A DNA stretch of 63,081 nt, the filler included, from Collodictyon triciliatum (taxonomy: Eukaryota), in the NCBI GenBank assembly GCA_043381765.1. It is 10 parts of 10 records of this genome, joined end to end, with 100 filler letters (N's around TTAATTAATTAA, not from the genome) between each part and the next. Parts side by side here need not be neighbours in the genome. Positions count along the whole stretch, not along the records: positions 6,320 to 12,532 come from JBHJMP010004631.1; positions 12,633 to 18,852 come from JBHJMP010004632.1; positions 18,953 to 25,202 come from JBHJMP010004633.1; 7 more parts are not named here. One strand, written 5' to 3'. The stretch's first letter is position 1, and each line of letters starts with the position of its first letter. The translations under genes and the position numbers were made by a program. Below the pieces are notes generated by a model. It was not told where the DNA came from and searched no databases. It saw nothing but the letters and a program-made list of their open reading frames with translations. Below are positions 9,871 to 22,000 of this stretch, piece after piece.

Positions 9871-11805
9871 TGTAAGGTACAGGCACAGGCCATGATTCAT
9901 GCCATATTGAGTGCCCCTAAATAACAAAATTCTTGGCTCATGGCCGAAGTGATATAATTCATGGTCTCATTATGCTACACATTTTTATGCGAAATCTTAA
10001 TTATCCTTCGCGTCTTGCACAAATACAAATAAATATTAAGAATATACTACGATATAGAAAAAAACGGAGAGTCTCATCAAACCATATTTTAAGTAGAGAG
10101 AAAATATTTGTGTTCCTTATGTAATGCTGGATTCCAAAGTATCTCAAAATGAAATTCTATCATATTGCATTGGTGAGTTCCTGAACTAAGGTGTTCCGCC
10201 AAAAAAATCAGAAATATTTAGCGAACGATTATTCAATGTTCTCCTTTTTTTAAAATAACATTCGTCCGGTGGTTCGCTCGGTACATTAGGTTTCATAGAT
10301 GGAAAGCTTAAGGTTTGTCTATTCTGGCCAAACTTTCATCTTACGAAATGCTTTCTTTTCATAATATTGATTTGCCAACTGAACATAGAGTTCGTTAGCG
10401 CGAGGTGCTCACTTTGTTATTGCCTCAGTAATGCAGATTCTGTTAATAGCAAAATCATAGCATATGTACTATTTTTGCTTAACATGAAACCAATCATTCA
10501 ATTTAATCACAAATTTACCACATCGAACTGATTAACTCTAAGCGTAATGAAACTTGAAATTTCTCTGCCAACCAAATTCTTGATACAGCTTGGAAAAAGT
10601 GATTAATGATTCTATTGAATTCACATTAAAAAAATCTTAAGTATTGTCATGTGTGTCCCTGTCGAATTAAGCGCAAAAGTTCGAATAGAAACCCAAATCC
10701 AGGCATAGTCTGTACTTCATGTAGACCTAATGTCCTGTACTAACTAAGTGATGTACAAAAATATGAATTCATAATTTCGCCTTTCACCTTTAAATAGCCA
10801 CGCAATCATGTCATAACTGCCAGCTCTTTATCTCATATTCAATCTGCTGAATACATTCATGTATCCAAAATCCCTCTAAAACTGCGGTTCTCAATCGATT
10901 CATATACATCAAGTCTTTTACACAATTAAAATAAGATTACTTTCGAAGAAAAAAACCTGCCAGTAGGTTGGAAAAAATTACAGAATAAACAAAATCTTTG
11001 CGCTGGCTACATCTGCTTGTACCCCTAATGAGAAGGTCTTGCATCTTTCCTCGATGCCTTGCTGATAAAATAGGCGCGGCGGACGAGATACACAAATCTC
11101 ATAGATACCAACAGCGGTCGACTACACATTAGTCATGTTAATGGCGGCGGGTGCAATGGGAGAGGTATTGCTTCAGTAGGTGAGCTCCCTGATTGCGCTG
11201 GAATGAGAAGAAAAAACTAGTGTGCAAATTATCGATGTGGCTACTTTTTCCTTTACGTTCACAGACAACACAAAGACAAACACTTCAGGCAGTAATTCCT
11301 TACTTCTAGTGCGGGCAGCATACCTAGACACATGTAAACTTTGAATAAGCTGTCATTGCAGTCCCCAAACAAAAGTGTGATATTCTTATTCGTAATAGAT
11401 ATGTAAAGCACTATTTTACGGAGTCGTTCGTAAGACCAATCCGAAGCTTATCGCACGAACTGAAATGGGCTTCATGGTTGGTATGACAGTATATGTGATT
11501 CCTGATAAATGAAGATATTAAACTGACGTACTTAAAAGAAAAAGAAGCATAACACAGAGCGAAGGCGTACATCATGGCGCGCTTCTGCAGACACTTTCAG
11601 TAGACAACATGCAGACACGCATCGAGTCTAATCTGTTATAATATCATGAGTATGGTGATGGTGATTTGGATTCGAAAAGTCGAGACTGGCAGGAATCGAG
11701 GAAGGGGCGTAGAAGGATAAGAGAGGACAAGGAGAAAAAAAGATAAGGCGGAAGAAGATAAGGCCACCAGCATGGAATGAGCGAGGGTGCAAGACATCAA
11801 AAATA

Positions 11806-11876
11806 TGCGCTCGCCGGGAATCGAACCCGGGTCGACCGCGTGGCAGGCGATCATCATACCACTAGACCACGAGCGC
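11806..11876 (-). tRNA. tRNA-Gly(GCC)
   Basis: GCGCTCG TGGTCTAGTGG...ATCGC-CTGCCAC-GCGGT...GGTTCGATTCC...CGAGCGCA: 71-nt cloverleaf with A and B boxes and a downstream TTTTT terminator. Confidence 0.96.
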
Positions 11877-12691
11877 TTCTTCTTGTCTCTACGGGATGAG
11901 ACAATGTATATCAATACATCAACATTGAATTCTTAGCACTTTTCATTTTTTTCTTTTTTTCTTCTCTAAATAAATGATTTCTAAATATGTTATTCCCTAT
12001 ACTCTGCGCTGGGGCAAATGGTGAGTTCTAGTGGAAAATAACCATCAGCCTAAATAATCGAATGGATATTTATTTAAGCATCAGCTCTAATCCAAATGAC
12101 TTTTCAAACGCAGCTTGCGTCCCAAAGTTAAATCTGCCAATGGTCATGAAAGTAGTAATATGCGGATTACCGATAGGGTGTTATATCACAATACTTCATT
12201 ACCAACTTGTTTTCTATTCTTAAAGTTTGAGAGATTCACAGTCATTCTTTCATCTCATAGCAAAACTAAAAGAAAACGGAATCGACGAAATGAGAGCATG
12301 TTATGTGTTTTCAGTCCGCCCACAACAATCATCGCCTGTTGGCCGCTGGAGCCAATACCAGTGGTCCGAGTTTTGTATGTAAGTATATTCTCATTGTGAC
12401 AAGCCCATCATTCGGGTTTAGCACAGCACAAGATTACACTCTTCCACAACAAAGTATACACTATATCCACGGACCATACGACCGGACAAAAAGCTGAAAG
12501 AAATCATGCAAGCCTTGTATACACATGCCGATNNNNNNNNNNNNNNNNNNNNNNNNNNNNNNNNNNNNNNNNNNNNTTAATTAATTAANNNNNNNNNNNN
12601 NNNNNNNNNNNNNNNNNNNNNNNNNNNNNNNNTTTTTTTTTTTTTTTTTTTTCTTTTTTTGTTCTTATATTGAGCACATTGAAACACCTAG

Positions 12692-15600
12692 GTATTTAAA
12701 ATCGTGGCCCCGAAGAGAGAAGCCTTAAAGGAGGCAGAGGAAAAATTCCGCGTTACTATGGAGACTGTGGAAGCGAAAAAAAAGTTGCTGGAGGACGCAG
12801 AGACAAGAATTCAACAGCTAGTCGAAAAATACGATAATGCAATAACAAAGAAAAATGATCTCCAGTCCCAAGTTCAATCCGTTGAGAAAAAACTGGATCG
12901 TGCGCAGAGACTTATCAAAGGACTCGGGGGAGAAAAAGACAGATGGATGAAAGCCAGAGATCATCTTGCTACAACATATGAGCTGCTGGTTGGGGATGTG
13001 TTGGTATCTTCTGCTGTCATCGCATACTTGGGACCTTTTACCGCTACATATCGAAACTCAATAGTAGAGAACTGGGTCAAACTTGTTCGCAGCAAAAGAA
13101 TTCCATGCAATGAACACTTTAACTTTACAAACACGATAGGAGATTCTGTTCAGATTCGGCAGTGGAAACTGGACGGCCTTCCACCCGACCGCTTCTCGGT
13201 GGAAAACGGTATCATGGTTATGAAGACGGGAGGCAGGTGGCCTTTCATGATTGATCCTCAGGGACAAGCCTGCAAGTGGATTAAAAAGATGGAATCAGGG
13301 AGTCGCATAGATGTCATCCGACCAGCAGACAGTGATATTATGCGCCGACTGGAAAATGCAGTGCAGTTCGGTAATCCTGTATTGATTGAAAATCTGGGTG
13401 AAACAATCGACCCGCAACTCTACCCCATCATTATAAAGGCAACATTTCGACAGGGCGGCCAGCTGATGATAAACATCGGAGGAAGTGCCGTAATGTTTTC
13501 CCCATCCTTCCGTCTCTACCTGACTACGAAGCTTCCAAATCCCCATTACAAACCGGAAATTTGCTCCCGTGTCACACTGGTGAACTTTATGGTGACCCCG
13601 GAGGGGGTCCAGGACCAATTGCTGGGTATTGTTGTGGCCAAGGAGAGACATGAGCTGGAAGAAGAAAAAAACAGTCTTGTCGTCCAGAACGCAAAGTTTC
13701 AGAGTGAGTTGAAGAGAATAGAAGACCAAATATTGCGACTGCTTTCAGATGCAGAGAGCAACTTTCTGGAAGATGAAGTCTTGATTGAGACTTTGAACGC
13801 TTCCAAAATTACATCACAAGAGATTGCAGAGAAAATAGCATTGTCAGCTGAAACGGAAGCTAAGATTGATACGGCGCGTTTGAGCTACCAACCAGTGGCC
13901 ATTCGAGCGTCTCTTTTATACTTTTGTGTGGCTGATATGGCAAACTTGGAGCCCATGTACCAGTATTCTCTATCTTGGTTTGTAAACATATTTGTCAAGT
14001 CTATTTCTGCAGCTGAAGGATCTCAACACTTGCAGCAGAGATTGAAAAACTTGAGCAGTCACTTTATGTACTCGCTTTATCGCAATATCTGTCAATCGCT
14101 ATTCGAGAAAGATAAGCTGCTTTTTTCATTTTTAATGTCCACACGCATTGAACGAGAGCAAGGGCATATCAGTGGCGTTGAGTGGAGATACTTTCTAACT
14201 GGTGGCTCTTCTCTGGGTTCATCAAGTCAGCTGCGTCCGGCATCACTCTCCTGGCTCCCAGAAAACATCTGGCAAGAAATTGTGAACATTTCACACCTTC
14301 CAGCTTTCTCTGAGATAACCTATCAGCTGGCGTCGCAAGCAACAGTTTGGAAGTATTTCTATGAAAAGGCCGATCCACTGGTGACGCCGCTGCCCGAACC
14401 TTACAAGGATAAGCTGTCGTCGTTCCAGAGGCTATGTCTCTTGCGTGCTATGCGGCCGGACAAGGTGGTTCCTGCGTGCCAATCCTTTATTTCTGCAACC
14501 TTGGACGCCAAGTTCATCGAGCCTCCACCTTTTGACCTTCTGAAATCTTACAAAGATTGCGACAACAAGACACCCATTATATTCATTCTGTCGCCGGGAA
14601 TGGATCCGATGGAGGAGTTTATGAACTTGGCGTTGAAGCTTGGGTTCAGAGATAAAACAAGCACCATTTCTCTCGGACAAGGGCAAGGACCCATCGCTGA
14701 TCGAATGGTGCACGAGGGCTCGGACAAAGGCCGTTGGATTCTCTTACAGAACTGCCATTTGGCTACAAGCTGGATGCCAACATTGGAGCATATCACANNN
14801 NNNNNNNNNNNNNNNNNNNNNNNNNNNNNNNNNNNNNNNNNNNNNNNNNNNNNNNNNNNNNNNNNNNNNNNNNNNNNNNNNNNNNNNNNNNNNNNNNNNN
14901 NNNNNNNNNNNNNNNNNNNNNNNNNNNNNNNNNNNNNNNNNNNNNNNNNNNNNNNNNNNNNNNNNNNNNNNNNNNNNNNNNNNNNNNNNNNNNNNNNNNN
15001 NNNNNNNNNNNNNNNNNNNNNNNNNNNNNNNNNNNNNNNNNNNNNNNNNNNNNNNNNNNNNNNNNNNNNNNNNNNNNNNNNNNNNNNNNNNNNNNNNNNN
15101 NNNNNNNNNNNNNNNNNNNNNNNNNNNNNNNNNNNNNNNNNNNNNNNNNNNNNNNNNNNNNNNNNNNNNNNNNNNNNNNNNNNNNNNNNNNNNNNNNNNN
15201 NNNNNNNNNNNNNNNNNNNNNNNNNNNNNNNNNNNNNNNNNNNNNNNNNNNNNNNNNNNNNNNNNNNNNNNNNNNNNNNNNNNNNNNNNNNNNNNNNNNN
15301 NNNNNNNNNNNNNNNNNNNNNNNNNNNNNNNNNNNNNNNNNNNNNNNNNNNNNNNNNNNNNNNNNNNNNNNNNNNNNNNNNNNNNNNNNNNNNNNNNNNN
15401 NNNNNNNNNNNNNNNNNNNNNNNNNNNNNNNNNNNNNNNNNNNNNNNNNNNNNNNNNNNNNNNNNNNNNNNNNNNNNNNNNNNNNNNNNNNNNNNNNNNN
15501 NNNNNNNNNNNNNNNNNNNNNNNNNNNNNNNNNNNNNNNNNNNNNNNNNNNNNNNNNNNNNNNNNNNNNNNNNNNNNNNNNNNNNNNNNNNNNNNNNNNN

Positions 15601-16856
15601 NNNNNNNNNNNNNNNNNNNNNNNNNNNNNNNNNNNNNNNNNNNNNNNNNNNNNNNNNNNNNNNNNNNNNNNNNNNNNNNNNNNNNNNNNNNNNNNNNNNN
15701 NNNNNNNNNNNNNNNNNNNNNNNNNNNNNNNNNNNNNNNNNNNNNNNNNNNNNNNNNNNNNNNNNNNNNNNNNNNNNNNNNNNNCAACGACAAACCAGAG
15801 ATATGCGGTCTTCACGAAAACGCAGACATCACGTATGCCAGAAACGAAACTAGTCTCTTCGTCTCTTCTCTCTTGCTTATGCAACCGCGGTCGTCGGGAG
15901 ACCAAGACGGAGAATCTCAGGAATCTGTTCTGGAGAGGGTGTCTGCAGACATTCTGAGCCGTGTTCCGACACCTTTGGATGCAGAAGAGATTGCGAGACA
16001 GAGGCCAATCAGGCACGATGATTGCATGACCACGGTCCTTTTGCAGGAGGTGATGCGCTACAACACCCTTTTAACAAAAGTCCGCCTGTCGTTGGTGGAG
16101 CTTCAGAACGCGCTCAAAGGACTGGTGGTGATGTCTGTGGATTTGGAGATGATGGCATTCAGCCTGTTTGATGGCCAAGTGCCGAGCAACTGGGCAAGGA
16201 TTGCGTACGAATCTCGCAAGCCGCTCGCAGGGTGGGTTGCAGACCTGGTTTCTCGCATCAAGTTTGTTAAATCGTGGAGCGAAAAAGGCCCGCCCAGCGT
16301 CTTCTGGCTCTCCGGATTCTTTTATCCGCAAGCCTTCCTGACAGGTGAGGTTTCCCTCCGCTTCTTGTGTCCTCTTTGACACCTTGCCATTCCCCAACGC
16401 ACAGAGTCCCCTCTAAGCGCGCCATCAAACACCGTAGGCCAGCTCCAAAACCACGCGCGCAGACACGCAATTGCCATCGACCATGTGTCCTTCGACTTCA
16501 ACGTCATGCCGGGCCCTTGCAAGAGCGCAGCCACGAGCGGATGCTACATCGACGGGCTTTTCCTCGAAGGGGCGCAGTGGGATAACAACGCAGGGCGTCT
16601 GGCAGAGTCGAATCCCAAGGAGCTCTTTGTCAGCATGCCCATCATCTGGCTCAGCCCCTTCGACACAAGCAGACGCGCCCGCGACTCGGCCATGCGCTAT
16701 GCCTGCCCTGTGTACAAGACAAGCAAGCGCTCGGGCGTCCTGTCATCCACAGGCCATTCCACAAACTACGTCCTGACCATCGACCTCACCACCGTCAACC
16801 CTCCTGCGCACTGGGTCAAGCGGGGCGTCGCGCTGATTTGCCAGACAGACTTTTGA
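12692..16856 (+). CDS. Axonemal dynein heavy chain, C-terminal part (stalk, AAA5, AAA6, C-terminal domain); N gap 14798-15784; intron 16345-16437
   Basis: VAPKR, RWPFMIDPQGQA, RLYLTTKLPNPHY, ISLGQGQG, WILLQNCHLA, FWLSGFFYPQAFLT, YACPVYKT, HWVKRGVALICQ. Resembles inner-arm type heavy chains. Confidence 0.95.
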
Positions 16857-17423
16857 GGGTGACTCCGTCGCCGCAGCGGGCGATGTCTGCGTCTGTGTCG
16901 GGGCGTGTTTGTGGAGAGCTTTTGAGAGAAAACGTGTCCATTTGTTCCTGTTGATGATATGCTTTTTGATAAATAAAAGAGAACGAGAGAGTGAGAGTGA
17001 GAGTGAGAGAGGGAGTGAGAGATGGACGTTCAAAAGTCAAGATTTGGATGGTGGGCAAGTGCTGCATGTGAGTGTGAGGGATAAGGAGAAACTGTGTCTG
17101 TGTGTGCGTCTGTGACTTTGTACGAGGCCCGGTGTTTGAATCGAAGGAATAAGCGTGTCAAAGAGTGGAAGTATTATTATCATTGTAATCTGTCTGCTGC
17201 TTGCTTCTCTGAAAATATCGCATTTTACTGATTGGTAGCAACTGGTCGTGAAAGAAGCGCCTGACAAAGCTAAAACTTTTCAGTATCGCATTTTTTTTAT
17301 TTCCTTATCCATTCCGTATTATCTGCATTATACAATCCAAAAGGGCTCCTTCCTTCTTTTTTTTTTTCTTTGTTTCTCTTTGTTGCTATTTTCTGCATGC
17401 CATCATAACTGTGCGATAGCAAT

Positions 17424-18702
17424 CTAATGGCGTAGAATTATTCGAAGAATACCAAACGAAATGTTGCACCCTAATCCGGCCATAATTCCTGTGTCAAGAA
17501 TAAGAGAAAAAGCAAAGACAAGGCTTATCAACCGAGGTGCGATGGTATTCGTCGATGAAGACAGCGATGGCGATAGTCGTGACTGGCATGACGAAGGGGT
17601 TTACAATATATATAAGAACATACCAATCTTCTGCCGGCGATTGACAAAGGACTCTGCGGCGAGTGGGATGGCTAATATACCGAAGACAAATCCTATGCAC
17701 ATCCCAAAGAACATGTCTCTGTTGGTGCCTGGTTGCGATATCTTTACATTAGTTTGGATTGAAGTGGCACTCAATGCAAGCCCCCAGATATGCTCACCAA
17801 CACAGCCTATTCGCTGTGTTCTGTTTCTTTATATATATTTTCTTCTTTGGTTTTCTTTTCTTGGGAGTCTATTTCAGTAAAAAAAAAAATTGAATTCTTC
17901 TAGCGTGAACCAATGAGAAATGTGCAGTAAAAAAAAATAATCCATATTCAAAAAAAAAAAAAGACATTAAGTACTCCTTAAAACGGTTTTTCAAACAAAA
18001 TCATGATAAGGGAACTAAAAGAACATGGGAAAAAGAAATGGAAATGGTGTGTTTCTAGAATATAGAACCTTCTGCTATCATGTGATTTTGCTCTTGGATT
18101 CTGACTATGGTCTCGGGCTCTCTTGCAGCCTCCAAATCGATCTGTGCTGTCTCCAGGTATGCGTCAATCCATTCATCTTCCATTGCCCTAAGATGCTCCT
18201 CAGATTCTAATATGAAAAAAGAATATCAGTTATATAGATATAGATATTGATATTGATATAAATACCCAACCTGGAACCATGTTTTCGCGAAACTGTCTGG
18301 CCTGGAACTGCATCCGCATCTGGTTTATCTGCAACTCGCCATAGCCCAACTGACGAAGCCGCTCAAACCCGCGAGGCTGGCGAGGCTGCAGCGGCACATA
18401 CGCCGTCCCACGCGCAGCGCCGTTCGGAGTCTGGAGCGGTCCAAAGAGCCGGTCGGCCAAAGAAGGAGAGTGTGGGTCGCTGCTGCGCATGTTCGGGCCC
18501 TGCAGAAAGTGGAGCGGATGCGATGGGTCATCCAGCACGGTTCGCTCAGTTGAGGGCGGATTGGCGGGCGGACTTGAGATGGAGACGTGGATGTGGTCGC
18601 CCGACGATACTGAGCAGGATTGCAGCGTTCGCTGTTCGTCCAAGACACGTCCACGATGGATAATACGCAGTGTCCGGCCGTGCAGGTGGTGGGCACGAAT
18701 CA
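17424..18702 (-). CDS. Dsc3/DUF2407-like ubiquitin-domain membrane protein (DSC E3 ligase complex), 5'-truncated, spliced
   Basis: Ubl RIIHRGRVLDEQRTLQSCSVSSGDHIHVSIS, then PRGFERLRQLG, HLRAMEDEW, DMFFGMCIGFVFG, RRQKIG|IMAGLGCNISFGILR*. GT-AG introns inferred. Confidence 0.75.
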
Positions 18703-18754
18703 GCTTTGGGAATGAAGAGTGTTCAATTTATTTCCCTTTTGTGCCTTTTATATT

Positions 18755-18852
18755 TTTCTCTCTCTTTTTTCTCTCTCTTTTTTCTCTCTCTTTTTTCTCT
18801 CTCTTTTTTCTCTCTCTTTTTTCTCTCTCTTTTTTCTCTCTCTTTTTTCTCT
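18755..18852. repeat. (TTTTTTCTCTCTC)n tandem repeat at contig end
   Basis: Directly visible. Confidence 0.9.
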
Positions 18853-18972
18853 NNNNNNNNNNNNNNNNNNNNNNNNNNNNNNNNNNNNNNNNNNNNTTAA
18901 TTAATTAANNNNNNNNNNNNNNNNNNNNNNNNNNNNNNNNNNNNNNNNNNNNGCCTTTGTATCTTGGTATGT

Positions 18973-19063
18973 CTTTTCTTTTCTTTTCTTTTCTTTTCTT
19001 TTCTTTTCTTTTCTTTTCTTTTCTTTTCTTTTCTTTTCTTTTCTTTTCTTTTCTTTTCTTTTT
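18973..19063. repeat. (CTTTT)n microsatellite
   Basis: Directly visible. Confidence 0.9.
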
Positions 19064-22000
19064 CGTTGTGTGTGGATCGGGCTAGGTGATATCACGTAGT
19101 TCGAATTTGTCGACGAACCAAGGATCCATCACCCAGACACTTGAGAATAGTGCACAAGTATAATGCCGAGGCGTTGTTGCCCAAAGCGCTCCTTGTTGCG
19201 TTTGGGAAATGATAAAGTGTGTCCGTATTTTCAGAAGGCTTCTACGTCGACCCCACATATATACATACATCTGCACATGGTCGTCTATGGTTTCGGCCGT
19301 AAGAGAATATTTGGAGGTTTGGCGAGCGAAAAGAAGTAGTGCCCCCATGAGAAGACCATTCTCCGGGCTGTTTGGGTCTATGAAGAATACGTGCTGCTTC
19401 TTTCACACAGCCCAAGGGAGTCGTGACGAGAAGCACCCGCTTAGATGATTACATAGATTTTCACCCCAATATAAACTGCTGTAATAGAATAACCATCTGA
19501 AATTGTGCAGATTTTATACTTTTGTGTGTTGCGAAACGAAATTGAGATTGTCTCAGGTTGGTTCGTCTAGGTGATTGTTGGTGTTGGCCATTAGAGTCAA
19601 TTTCACAAACCCATCGAAATGACATAAACCGAATGGATAAATAAAAGAGAAGGAAAAAATGCATGGGTATCGTAATTGCCATGGCCCATGCTACGATGTA
19701 GTTTATTCTGAAGCGCATGTTCACTGCCACCAGCTGGTACTGGTGTTTATCATGCACGCTTTGACTTTGCTATGCCACCCATACATTCTCTGAATTGGGT
19801 GCTGTATCCGGTTCTGTCCTCATCCAAGACAGGTTTTGCATTGGCTTTCTATAGTTACATATTCATGGTATAAATATACACCAATAATGGTTCTTTCATA
19901 AAAGCATAAAGAGTTGGTGGTGAATATAAAACGACCAGTTAATCTGTTGCATGCATATATCTTGAAAATAATGTTAATGTTAATGTTTATGACATGACCC
20001 TGTATCTTTTTTTTTCCTTTATTCGATTCAAACATGACCCTGTATCTTGTTATCGTGCGATTCTCTAGAAAGAAGTAAAAGGAAGTATATACCAAATATT
20101 GGGCGATGTAAGAGATGATAATTGAACGGAAAGAAGAAGAAAAGAAAAAGGAACGATTATTTGCTCTTACAGGATTGAGGAGCAGCTTTGACCTTTCAGC
20201 CTCTTTTTGCTCTCTGCAATCTTTCTTGTCTTAGTTTTTCGATTGTAGGCAATCCACTCTCTTGTTTTTGGGCTAATCCCTTTTGCTATACCAATTAAGT
20301 GGGAATGGTGCCATAGAAGAGTATATTAATTTGTTTATTTGTTTTTATAAAAAAAAAATACATTTCTTTCGATTGGGATGAATGCAGATATAAACAGATA
20401 AAATATAGAAATATGAGACATAAAGCGCATATAATGGGGATACGCTTCAATCATTAGTGAAAAGTGGTAATTCGATTTCCCCCCTTTTTTTCTCGCTGAA
20501 AAATAATAATAGTATATTATTTCACATAAACAAAGAACCAATTTGTAGGCTTACCTTGTCTTTACGCTTTTCCTTTTTCTTGTGTTCATCATGCTCCTTT
20601 CCCTTTTTCTTTTCGAGTTCTTTCGTAAATTGCTGCATGGGATCTATGTGCTTCTTTCTAATTTAATCCTTTCTAATGGTAGAGACGACAATAACAAAGA
20701 GAAAAGAAGGAAAAGAAAACTAAATTTCGCTCTAGTTATGTTTGATACATCTACCATTACCCAAGAGGCACACGGTATTGAGCGGAGGAGATAATTAGCC
20801 ATATGTTGAATAGTAGTTTGTCATGCATCAACAAACAAATGGTTAATACATACAAACTTGAGATCGACTTCAGATAGTTTTTTTTCTCATCCTGCTCAAG
20901 ATACCATGGCTTTGATTCTGTGGGATATGCCAAGTCATGTGATAGAACCATCCATTTTCATCCATAATATTGCGTTTATAATTTACTTCACAGAAATAAT
21001 AACTATAAAAATAAAAAAAAATAGGAAACGCCCAGACAAGCCTTTCGAAATATTTTTGGCTACAAACCATTTCTTCTTTAGTAGTTAGATGCTTTTTCTA
21101 TAATGTATATGTTAAGAAAAAAAAAAAGCAAAATTCCAACACACCAACCACACAAAGCGAGAGACGAAAACAAAAGAGAGAAAGCAATAAGCTAGAATGA
21201 ATCCTTGGCTGCCTGCTCTGCCTCATCCCTGTGTCAGGACGGACGGAAGGACGGGGGTGTTTGTGCCTCCTCACCAACCCATCTGCAAGGGAAGTTTGAG
21301 TAGAGTCCTTCTGACATGGGCCAGGTTGTCTCTACTCCGCACATGCCAGCTCTTGTGGTGGAGGATGTTCATTCCGCGGGTCTGCTCCTCTGCTCAAAGC
21401 TCTCAGTGCTCCTGCGCGGTTGATCGCTTCTTGTTTCTGCAGCTCAGGATCTGCAGTATCATCTGTCGTTGTGTTCTTCCGTGTGATTTTGGCAGGCTTC
21501 TCTCCGTTTGCCGTGTGGAGTGTTTTATTCAGCGATTGGGTACAGGGCGTGGAGAAGTGTGAAAGGTGTCCAGCGGGGAGGTGGCATGGATGGGGATACA
21601 TGAGGTTATTAGGCGGTGTGAATACAGTGTCCGTGTGTGCGTGTGTTTGTGTGTGTGCGGTGGTCTATGCGATGGGCACAGAGTGCGCATCGGTGGGCGG
21701 TTGTGCGAGTGGCGTGTCAGAGTCGATGTCGTCGTAGTCGTAGTCGTAGGCGTCTGCGTCGATGTGGACGGCGTTGTGGATGAGCGACAGCGAGAAGGGC
21801 GCCGGGGCGGGCAGCGAGCATGGCGGGACGGGCTCGAGTGACAGCCGTCGGAGGAGATCCGCAGGCGGTGCGCGGGAGCGGAGGAGCGGCGCGTGGGTGG
21901 GGCTCGACATGGTGTGTTCTCGTGCTGGGTCTCGGGGTTTCGGTTGGGCGCTTGTTGCTTGGCTTGGGGGAAGCGAGGCGTCGACTTGTACGGTATTATT

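Noticed and set aside
14640-16379. Long ORFs spanning the N run, and an apparent dynein frameshift
   Set aside because: Artefacts of an estimated-length gap (14798-15784).
19082-19440. HNH-like remnant (DPNSPENGLLM)
   Set aside because: Catalytic His residues are not evident and the frame is broken.
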